Source: a virus
Taxonomy: Duplodnaviria; Caudoviricetes
Length of the DNA stretch: 38,669 nucleotides
IMG/VR virus record: IMGVR_UViG_3300010203_000020
Location: 1 to 38,669 of that record
Direction: 5' to 3' (one strand)
This document shows positions 1 to 6,994 of the stretch, one piece after another. Within the stretch, counting starts at the first letter, position 1; each line of letters begins with the position of its first letter. The position numbers were made by a program, and so were the translations under genes. The notes below the pieces were generated by a model. That model was not told where the DNA came from. It worked only from the letters and a program-made list of their open reading frames with translations, and did no database searches.

Positions 1-198
1 TCAGCGCGCGGCGGCCAGTTCGAATTCGAGATCGGCGATACGCTTGGCCAGCGCGGCCTTGACCGAAGCGGCGGCCCAGGGCTTGAACGCGGCCTGCTCT
101 TCTTTCAAACGTTGCAACAGGCGCAACTTTTCGTCCTTCGACCGCTTGATCGGCTGCCGGTCCGAATGTTGGCCCTCGTGGGTGCGCCAACCGCTCAT
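1..198 (-). CDS. Host hypothetical protein (65 aa, coiled-coil-like)
   Basis: Complete ORF, ATG preceded by AAGG; outside the prophage end; no recognised family. Confidence 0.5.
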   Translation of the reverse strand: MSGWRTHEGQHSDRQPIKRSKDEKLRLLQRLKEEQAAFKPWAAASVKAALAKRIADLEFELAAAR

Positions 199-329
199 GC
201 TCTATACCTTTCGTCGGTATCGTGGGGCGGCGGACTATGCCCGGCCCCGATCCGCCGCGCAAGCGCCAAACCATGACAGCGAGAGGTCGTGCCCGGTCCG
301 ATCGGGGCTTCCGTCTTCCCTCGCGATAA

Positions 330-346
330 TGTTATAAACCCCGCGC
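330..346 (+). promoter_or_regulatory. Probable tRNA promoter (extended -10)
   Basis: TG-n-TATAAA (330-338) followed by GC-rich discriminator CCCCGCGC, about 24 bp upstream of the tRNA; -35 is weak. Confidence 0.4.
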
Positions 347-361
347 TCTCGATGCGCTCGC

Positions 362-438
<77 letters not shown>

Positions 439-559
439 ATTCTTTCAATAGATTGCGGCGCTTTCTGCGAGCCGAGAATTGCGATCAGGAAGCACATCGT
501 AAGCACGATGTGGCCGTATTCTGAGTGCTCTCACCGATCCCGCGACTGATGCCAGACAC

Positions 560-606
560 TGTAGCGCGGCGGCTGATTTTGGACAAAGCGGCATTTGATT
601 TTGGAC
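560..606. repeat. Prophage right end: terminal TG plus two direct repeats GCGGCnnnTGATTTTGGAC (566-584, 588-606), putative transposase-binding sites R1/R2
   Basis: TGT at 560-562; 22-bp periodicity; immediately distal to mom, as at the Mu right end. Confidence 0.75.
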
Positions 607-619
607 GGCCTGAAAGGCT

Positions 620-1375
620 TCACGATGAGGCATCGGGGTCAGGGAGTGCCCCACCGTCTTGGGGCTTGGGATAGGCCTGGGGGCGCATCCGCAAATCCCG
701 CCGGAAAGCAGGCCGCACGAAAATCAGATAGCGGAACTGGCGCAGGCGGTGAGCGGTGGCCCGGCTCAGGTTGGCGCGCAGAACCACTCCTCTTTGACCG
801 GCCTTCTTGTGCGCGGTCAGTAGCATGTCGTGGTAATACTCCCCGTCGAGTTCGTAGAACGTGGTGTAGTGGCTGCCGAGGAACAGGAAGTTGCTCGCCT
901 GATAGACCACGCCCAGCCGACCGCACCTTTCATCGGCGAACGACTGGATCCATTTGACCTTCGGGCAAGCCCGTTTGATGTATTTGATGGCATAGCTAAT
1001 CGCGCGACTCTCGCTGTTGCGCGGCGCCCTGTCGTCGAGCCACATCCGGTTGAGTTCGAGATATTCATCGACTTCGGTGTTTGCGACGATTTTACCCACG
1101 GCGCGCGGGCAGAGCGCATAGCCGAATTGCAGGACACCGAGCAGTTCGCCTGCAATGAACACCCCGAGGTGCACATAGGAATTGACTACCACCCGGCGGG
1201 AATAATGGTGGGTGCGGATGATCTCAACTGCCTGGGCACGCGGGATCGCCGCGACGTAGAAATCCCGCGTGCCGAATCCGGCGATGCCGAGCGAGCCGAA
1301 GATGTAGCCTAGCTCAGAGGTTGGCTGGCGGATGATCCCGGGAAGGGGCGGATGATGAGGGGGACGAATTGCCAT
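620..1375 (-). CDS. mom: Mom DNA adenine modification enzyme (methylcarbamoylase, GNAT fold)
   Basis: Motifs HYSRR..NSY.HLGVF, ELNRMWL.D..PRNSESRAISYA, QSFADERCGR.GVVYQASNF, FYELDGE.YH match Mu Mom; ATG 1375 with GGAGG RBS. Confidence 0.92.
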   Translation of the reverse strand: MAIRPPHHPPLPGIIRQPTSELGYIFGSLGIAGFGTRDFYVAAIPRAQAVEIIRTHHYSRRVVVNSYVHLGVFIAGELLGVLQFGYALCPRAVGKIVANTEVDEYLELNRMWLDDRAPRNSESRAISYAIKYIKRACPKVKWIQSFADERCGRLGVVYQASNFLFLGSHYTTFYELDGEYYHDMLLTAHKKAGQRGVVLRANLSRATAHRLRQFRYLIFVRPAFRRDLRMRPQAYPKPQDGGALPDPDASS

Positions 1376-1541
1376 AAATGCCTCCAGGCGTTGGCGCTCT
1401 CTGGCGCTCGGGCGGGAGGCTCGCGGCCTTCTGGATGTGATTGATTGCCCCGCAGCGGGGGCACTTGATTTGAATGTCGAGCGGGGCGTTTGCCTTGAGC
1501 AGCAGACGGCCACAGCCGCAACGGATGGACTCCATGAGCAT
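1314..1541 (-). CDS. com: Com zinc-finger translational activator of mom
   Basis: MESIRCGCGRLLLKA...IQIKCPRC resembles Mu Com; overlaps the mom start as in Mu; start 1541 or 1535. Confidence 0.85.
   Translation of the reverse strand: MLMESIRCGCGRLLLKANAPLDIQIKCPRCGAINHIQKAASLPPERQRAPTPGGIYGNSSPSSSAPSRDHPPANL
1380..1422 (-). promoter_or_regulatory. Putative Com operator and mom translation-initiation switch
   Basis: mRNA has GAGCCUCC, GAGCGCC, GAGCGCC repeats just 5' of the mom RBS GGAGGC; GCCUCC is complementary to that RBS. Confidence 0.6.
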
Positions 1542-1554
1542 TGATCACTACAAG
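1526..1554 (+). promoter_or_regulatory. Putative sigma70 promoter antisense to com
   Basis: TGGACT-N17-TACAAG, pointing into the cloverleaf at 1576-1660. Confidence 0.4.
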
Positions 1555-1575
1555 TTCCTCGCCCGGTCGACGGGT

Positions 1576-1660
1576 GCGGGGATGACCCGGCCTCGGCCGG
1601 GGTTGGGTCGTGCGAGAGCCTTTCTCGCGGCTCGGGACGCTGCTACGTCCCTCCCCCCGC
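1576..1660 (+). ncRNA. Candidate tRNA-like cloverleaf small RNA antisense to the com-mom leader
   Basis: Closing stem 1576-81/1655-60 plus three hairpins (1583-1610, 1611-1629, 1634-1651); several G-U pairs form only on the + strand. Confidence 0.5.
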
Positions 1661-1703
1661 CGGCCGAAGCCGACACGGGTATCGGTATGAGCGGGCATGG
1701 CGG

Positions 1704-2696
1704 TCATTCCGCCGCCGCTCCCTTCGGGGTCTCGCCCTCGACGTTGGAGGTCAGGCCGCCGGATTTATCCAGCTTGTGAACGGCGCGGGTGATGACCCAG
1801 GTGCCGCTGGCGATGTCGCCCAAACCCCACACCTCCATCTTGCCTTCGGCGCCCAGGCTGGGGCGGCCGGGAACCACAACGCCGGAGAAGGTTCCGACGC
1901 CCCGCGCCAGGGCGTCCATCTTGGCGCTGGCGGCGCGCTGCGCCTGATCGGCATCGGGATATTTCTGGCCGATGGTGTGAGTGGGGCCTTCGCCGTTGCC
2001 GACCTTGAGGGATTCGGGCTGGCCGGTGGCCGGGTTGTGCCATTGGGCCACCACCGAGCCGTACTTGCCGCGATCGGCCTGGGTGGCGTTGTAGCTACGG
2101 AAGTCGGTCGGCCCCAGCGACACGGTGGGCATCGCCCGGCCGGTGGCGCTCTTGGCCTCGCCACGCGGGACGAACAGCAGACGACCGGCCATGGGCTTGG
2201 CCACCGCGTCGTAGGTCTTGGCGATCCGGGTCAAAAGGGCCATGTCGCTTTCATTGGTCTGGGCCAAATTGGGAATGGCCACGCTGGCCAGGGCGGGCGC
2301 CACCACCGGGATCAGTTCGTGTTCCCCGGCGACGGTCTTGACCAGATCGCCGATGGTGACACCGTCCCAGCCTCGCGTCTTTTGCGCCTTCATCTCCTTG
2401 CGCATGTCGGCCGCCTTGCCGTTGATGGTGAGGGCATGGGGCGGGCCGCTGGCCGCGAGTTCATCCACCACGAATTGGCCCATATGCACCATCCCGGCCT
2501 CTTCGTACCCCATCCAGCATTCCAGCTTCGCGCCTTTTCGCGGGGCGACGATGGCGAGGTCGCGGTTGTCCAATTCGATGGCAATGGTGTCGCTGGCGAT
2601 CCCCGCCTCGTCGGTGGTGGTCAGCGACAGCAGGCGCTTGGCACAGGCCGCCGTGATGTCGGAACCGTCGGCGGTAACCTTCCAGATCGGCTTCAT
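1704..2696 (-). CDS. P2 gpD-like late control / baseplate hub protein
   Basis: LLSLTTTDEAG..SD, Q.NESDMALLTRIA motifs; follows U and X. Confidence 0.88.
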   Translation of the reverse strand: MKPIWKVTADGSDITAACAKRLLSLTTTDEAGIASDTIAIELDNRDLAIVAPRKGAKLECWMGYEEAGMVHMGQFVVDELAASGPPHALTINGKAADMRKEMKAQKTRGWDGVTIGDLVKTVAGEHELIPVVAPALASVAIPNLAQTNESDMALLTRIAKTYDAVAKPMAGRLLFVPRGEAKSATGRAMPTVSLGPTDFRSYNATQADRGKYGSVVAQWHNPATGQPESLKVGNGEGPTHTIGQKYPDADQAQRAASAKMDALARGVGTFSGVVVPGRPSLGAEGKMEVWGLGDIASGTWVITRAVHKLDKSGGLTSNVEGETPKGAAAE

Positions 2697-2700
2697 CGCG

Positions 2701-2913
2701 TTAGTCCCACAGTTTGACGGTGGCGGTGCCCGAGGCGGTGGCCACCGGCGTTTCCAGGTCGGGCAGATCGATCTCGATTCCGGCGGGCAGGATCAGTCCG
2801 TGGTCGGCCAAGCGGGGATTGGCCTCGAACACCGCCTCGGCGGCATTCTCGCGGCCGTAATAGCGCCAGCAGATGGCGTCCACCTGATCGCCCTGTTTGG
2901 TCCGGTACTTCAT
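2701..2913 (-). CDS. P2 gpX-like tail protein
   Basis: MKYRTKQGDQVDAICWRYYG...ANPRLAD.G.ILPAGIEIDLPD...LWD; start trimmed to ATG 2913. Confidence 0.88.
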   Translation of the reverse strand: MKYRTKQGDQVDAICWRYYGRENAAEAVFEANPRLADHGLILPAGIEIDLPDLETPVATASGTATVKLWD

Positions 2914-3314
2914 GCCGTGATTTCCTCGTCCGGGCCGTACTCTTCCAGCGACAGGTCGAAATCCATCTTGAGCGGTACGCCGTTGGGCAGGAAGTTGGTC
3001 TGGCGCTCGGTCACCTTGACGATGCACCACTTGCCCCAGACCTTGCCGGTGCCGTCCACCAGGATCAGCGGTTTGCCGGTGTCGGCTTGGCGGCGCATCG
3101 CATTGATCTGGCCGAGGCCGCCCCAGTAATGGGGATAGATCGTCCCGGCCAGCGTGATGCTGTCGCCGTCGGGGCCAGTGAACTGGCGGGCAGGCTTGCG
3201 GCCCATCCGCTCTTGCTTGGCCCAGCGCCACTCGCTGGTCCGGGACAGATCCTTGTAGGCGGCGGTGGACAGGGAAAAGCGGTACTCCCCCAGCGCCATC
3301 ATGATCCCAGCCAT
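2910..3314 (-). CDS. P2 gpU-like tail protein
   Basis: MMALGEYRFSL...W..QER.GR.PA.QF.GP, LVDGTG.VWG.W motifs. Confidence 0.9.
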   Translation of the reverse strand: MAGIMMALGEYRFSLSTAAYKDLSRTSEWRWAKQERMGRKPARQFTGPDGDSITLAGTIYPHYWGGLGQINAMRRQADTGKPLILVDGTGKVWGKWCIVKVTERQTNFLPNGVPLKMDFDLSLEEYGPDEEITA

Positions 3315-3322
3315 AATCCCTC

Positions 3323-5815
3323 TCAGTCCGCCAGCGCGGCGCGTTGACGTTGCATGATCATCTGGGCCACCTGATCGGCCACCGCCCGAACATCCATGCC
3401 GGGGGCGGCATGGACGACGATCGCCCCCGGGGCGAAGGTGATCGAGACGGGATTCGGCGCGGCGTCAGGTTTATCGGCGGCGTCCGATTTGTGGATCGGG
3501 GGCTCGACCGTCGGCGGTGGTTTATGGGGCTCACTGCCTGCGGGCTTGTCCTTGGCCAGCCAACCGCCCAGCGCCCCGCCGCCGAACGAGCCCAGCGCGC
3601 CACCGATGATGGCACCCAGCGCGGTCCCGATCACCGGCACGATCGATCCAATGGCGGCCCCGGCGGCGGCCCCGGCCAAACCTCCGCCAAGGTTCCCGGC
3701 TGACGCGCCCTTCTCCTCTTTCGACAAGGTCGGGTCCATCAGATCCTTGGCGGCCAGACCGGCGCTGAGCACCAGCCCGGCTCCACCCAGGGCCTTACCA
3801 CCGAATCGGAGGGCGCGGCCCAGCTTGCCGCCGCCACCACCCAACCCGTCGAGCCCACCGACGCCCCCCTGCGAGCGGCTCAACCGGCCCGAGGCGGTTG
3901 CGGCCTGGTTGGCGGCGGCGGTGTATTGGCGCAGCCGGGCGGTGGCCGTCCCCAGGCGGCCGCCCATGCCGGTGGTGCTGGCGCCCAGGCGACCGACTCC
4001 GGCGGCGGCTTGACCGGACGCACGGCTCATGCCCAGTGATTCGCGCACCACCGCGCCAAGGCCGCCACGGTAATAGGTCATGGCGTAGCGAGCGAGAGTT
4101 GCTCCGACCTTGTAGAGCGCGAACGCTCCCGCTACCCCGATCAGGGCAGCAGTGGCCTGGGGTGCCGCATCCGCCACACCGGAAAGAACATCAACGCCAT
4201 CGGCGACCTTATCGATGATGGGGGTAATGATCGGCAAAACCGCCTTGCCGATGCTCCCCATCAGCTTGTCGGTGGCCAGCCCCATTTTCTTGCTGGCCTC
4301 GTTGTAGGTGCCGAGCATGTTGGCGAAATCCTGATCGACCACGCCGGTGGCCTCGGACGCCTTCTTCTTGATCTTGATATAGTCCTGGTAGCCCGCCAGC
4401 ATCGGGGCCAGGAAATCCTGCACCTGTTTATCGCCGAAGATTTCACCCAGCTTAAACCGCTCGGAAATTTTGTCGGCCGCGCCCTCGACCAGCTTGCCGT
4501 TGGAATCGAAGGCGTCGGCCATCACCTTGTCCAGATCGGCACCGGTCGCGGCGGCGATCTGCTGCATCGCCACCTCAATCGGGTTCTGACCAGCCGCCAC
4601 GCCATCGGCCAGTTCCTGGGCGATGTCGATGCCGAGCTTCTCGAAATTCTTCTTCGCCTCGGGGCTGGCGATCTTCTGGAGGAAGTTGGCCAGATTGTTC
4701 GCCGCCGTCGAAGGATCGGACGTCCCCTTCATCGCCACCTGCAGGGCGGCGCCCAACGACGCCACGGCCTCGGTACCGGTCAGACCCAGGCTGGCGGCAG
4801 CGGCGGTCAGTTGCGGGAATTGCTGCGCCATGTCTTTGAGCTCGAACCCGCCCTCCTTACCCGCTTGGGCCATGATGTCGAGCGCTTTGCCCAGCTTATC
4901 GACCGGGACATGCAAATTGCTGATGACACTGTAGGACAGGCTGGACATGTCCTCCATGCTGGCGCCGGTGGCGGTAGCAGCCCGGCCGATGGCGGTGCTG
5001 GCCAACAGCGCTTCTTTCGCCCCCATGCCTTTGCCCACTAGCACCTCGACCCCACCGAGGATCGCCTGGTTGGACTGGTTCACATCGGTGGACATGGCGC
5101 GGATCTGTTTGCGCACTCCTTCCAGTTCGGCGGCAGTCATCCCGGCAGTGTTGCCGAACGAGCGTAGGTGGTGCTCGAAGTCGGCTTCCTGTCCGATCGG
5201 CTTTTTCATCGCCAGATAGGCGGCACCGACCTTCAGCGTCTGACGGCCCAGTTCGCCGCCCAGTTCCTTGCGCTTTTCCGCTCGTGCCATCGCGTCGCCC
5301 AATCGCCCGATGGATTGAGTGGTTTGATCGACCTTGGCCTTGGCATCCGCCATGTCGGCGGCCAGCTTGCGTTCGGCGTCGGCGAGCTTGCGGGTATCGA
5401 TATTCGCCGCGTTCAGTTCGCCGCGCAGCGCGGCCAGACGCTGCTTCTTGGCTTCCTCGGCGGCGGCGGCGCGCACCACCTCGCGTCGAGCGGCCGCCAA
5501 CGCCTTTTCCTGGGCCTTGGTCGGCTCCTCGCTTGCCGCGATCTCGCGGGCCAGCGCCCTGACCTTGTCCTGGGCGTCACGGTGGGCGCGGCCGGCCTCC
5601 AACACCTGAAGACCGAGTTGGCGATAGCTCTGGATCTGCTTTTCGGTTTTATCGAGCCGGGCGGTTTCCTTCAGTGCCTCAGCCTTTTGGCGTTCGGCGT
5701 CGGTGACGGCTTGGCCCAGACGCCCCACTTGCGCTATAGTTGCACCGACAGCCGTGCGCATGGTCGCGCCGACAGTGGCCCCGATCACCAGGGATAGAGC
5801 GAGGGATTTTTCCAT
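3323..5815 (-). CDS. Tail tape measure protein
   Basis: ~830 aa, Ala/Gly-rich helical, AGKEGGFELKDMA core, C-terminal Gly zipper; ATG 5815 (alternative TTG 5827). Confidence 0.92.
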   Translation of the reverse strand: MEKSLALSLVIGATVGATMRTAVGATIAQVGRLGQAVTDAERQKAEALKETARLDKTEKQIQSYRQLGLQVLEAGRAHRDAQDKVRALAREIAASEEPTKAQEKALAAARREVVRAAAAEEAKKQRLAALRGELNAANIDTRKLADAERKLAADMADAKAKVDQTTQSIGRLGDAMARAEKRKELGGELGRQTLKVGAAYLAMKKPIGQEADFEHHLRSFGNTAGMTAAELEGVRKQIRAMSTDVNQSNQAILGGVEVLVGKGMGAKEALLASTAIGRAATATGASMEDMSSLSYSVISNLHVPVDKLGKALDIMAQAGKEGGFELKDMAQQFPQLTAAAASLGLTGTEAVASLGAALQVAMKGTSDPSTAANNLANFLQKIASPEAKKNFEKLGIDIAQELADGVAAGQNPIEVAMQQIAAATGADLDKVMADAFDSNGKLVEGAADKISERFKLGEIFGDKQVQDFLAPMLAGYQDYIKIKKKASEATGVVDQDFANMLGTYNEASKKMGLATDKLMGSIGKAVLPIITPIIDKVADGVDVLSGVADAAPQATAALIGVAGAFALYKVGATLARYAMTYYRGGLGAVVRESLGMSRASGQAAAGVGRLGASTTGMGGRLGTATARLRQYTAAANQAATASGRLSRSQGGVGGLDGLGGGGGKLGRALRFGGKALGGAGLVLSAGLAAKDLMDPTLSKEEKGASAGNLGGGLAGAAAGAAIGSIVPVIGTALGAIIGGALGSFGGGALGGWLAKDKPAGSEPHKPPPTVEPPIHKSDAADKPDAAPNPVSITFAPGAIVVHAAPGMDVRAVADQVAQMIMQRQRAALAD
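5711..5740 (+). promoter_or_regulatory. Putative promoter for the antisense membrane-protein gene, embedded in the tape-measure 5' coding region
   Basis: TTGGCC-N18-TATAGT (GCTATAGT); uses rare ACT/ATA codons of the TMP. Confidence 0.5.
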
Positions 5816-6053
5816 GCGACCGGCCAAAATCTTTCAATGGGTATTCGTTGGCGGAACCGGTATTTGGGCGGCGATGCTGTCGGGAGGAACGGGGAATTGG
5901 TTCACCACGCTGTGGACCTGGGTCGTCAGTGCCATGGTGATTGTGGCCGCCCTTGGCATCGGGTTTTTCGCCGTCCTGTGGGTTCTGAAGATGCTGGGCG
6001 TGATCGGCAGCCTCCCCTGGACCCTGGACCGCAAGCTCAACGACCGTCCCTGA
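5814..6053 (+). CDS. Small two-TM membrane protein (moron, 79 aa)
   Basis: MRPAKIFQWVFVGG...; GAGGGA RBS; fills the E'-TMP gap on the opposite strand; Trp-rich hydrophobic segments. Confidence 0.65.
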   Translation: MRPAKIFQWVFVGGTGIWAAMLSGGTGNWFTTLWTWVVSAMVIVAALGIGFFAVLWVLKMLGVIGSLPWTLDRKLNDRP

Positions 6054-6455
6054 GTTCTGCGGCCACCTCCTCGGCCGCCGCGCACCACTCCATCAGATCC
6101 CGCAAATCCATCTCCAGCACGTCGCCCAGGGCTATTCCTTGGGCGGCGACGCGGAGGCACTGTTTTCGGAGGTCGAGGGGGCTGCGCCGACGGAAGTCTT
6201 CGCCGTCGGCTTCCGCCGAAAATTTCGGTAGGCCTCCTGGAGCTTGGGATAGTCGGTCTCCAGGTCCAACTCGCCGATCACGTCGAACGCCTGCCCGGTC
6301 AGGATGGCGAACAGGTGCATCTCGATCTCGTCGGGCATCGTCGCCCTTTTCTTGGCCTCAAGCTCGTCCTTGGCCTTGGGACGGCGCATGACCAAGGTGT
6401 CCACCTTGGGGTGGGGCACCAGCGTCACCGGATAGTCGAGGATGATTTTCTCCAC
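6037..6455 (-). CDS. Tail assembly chaperone frameshift product gpE+E'
   Basis: -1 frame open from A AAT TTT (6225-6219) to TGA at 6037, encoding ..LGDVLEMDLRDLMEWCAAAEEV, typical of E'. Confidence 0.75.
6132..6455 (-). CDS. Tail assembly chaperone gpE
   Basis: GTG 6455 with AAGGAG RBS; L.YPV...LVMRRPKAKD...E.HLFA.L motif; between tube and TMP. Confidence 0.85.
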   Translation of the reverse strand: MEKIILDYPVTLVPHPKVDTLVMRRPKAKDELEAKKRATMPDEIEMHLFAILTGQAFDVIGELDLETDYPKLQEAYRNFRRKPTAKTSVGAAPSTSENSASASPPKE

Positions 6456-6466
6456 GGCTTTTCTCC

Positions 6467-6982
6467 TTACATGCCGAGCGCGGTGCGGATCGACGCCAAC
6501 TGATCGACGCCGTTGATGATCCGCTTCATGTTGACGGCATCGATCTCGACCACCACCACCGACCCGATGGTGATCTTGAGATACTTCAGCGGCACCGCGA
6601 CCTTGGCGGCGGTCTGCGTGCCTTTCTTCCAAGAGCCCGCATCGATCTTCTGGAAAAGGCCACGCATCGAAACGACGATCGCCTCGGCGGAATTGGGGGC
6701 GTCTTCCTGGGCACCGCGCAGGGTCAGGCTGGCGTCGGGATTGCCGAACAGGCCCAGCACCACGCTGTTGTATTCGGCGAAGGTGACCTCGGCGTCCATC
6801 TTCTCCATGGTGCCGGTGTCGAGCGGCACCGGGGCGGCCAGCCCCCCGGCGTCGTAATCGTCGGTCTTAATGGCGAGCGTCGGCAGTTTCGCCTCGGGTA
6901 CCTTGCCCGCGTAGCCGACGCCATCGATATAGGCGACGAAGTTTCTAAGGACCTTCGGGATCGTGGGGGACATCGAGGACAT
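6467..6982 (-). CDS. Tail tube protein (P2 FII-like)
   Basis: PKVLRNF..YIDG.GYAG, EIDAVNMKRIINGVDQLA.IR.ALG. Confidence 0.92.
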   Translation of the reverse strand: MSSMSPTIPKVLRNFVAYIDGVGYAGKVPEAKLPTLAIKTDDYDAGGLAAPVPLDTGTMEKMDAEVTFAEYNSVVLGLFGNPDASLTLRGAQEDAPNSAEAIVVSMRGLFQKIDAGSWKKGTQTAAKVAVPLKYLKITIGSVVVVEIDAVNMKRIINGVDQLASIRTALGM

Positions 6983-6994
6983 TCGGGGCTCCTG

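Noticed and set aside
566-606. Tandem repeats as a mini-CRISPR
   Set aside because: Only two short copies, 3-bp gap, no spacers or cas genes; better explained as transposase sites
716-732. Inverted partial end repeat (CGAAAATCA) inside mom as an R3 site
   Set aside because: Only a 7-bp core matches; could be chance
1576-1660. Cloverleaf as a genuine tRNA or tRNA-Sec
   Set aside because: No TTCRA loop, no 7-nt anticodon loop, no CCA; kept as an sRNA candidate instead
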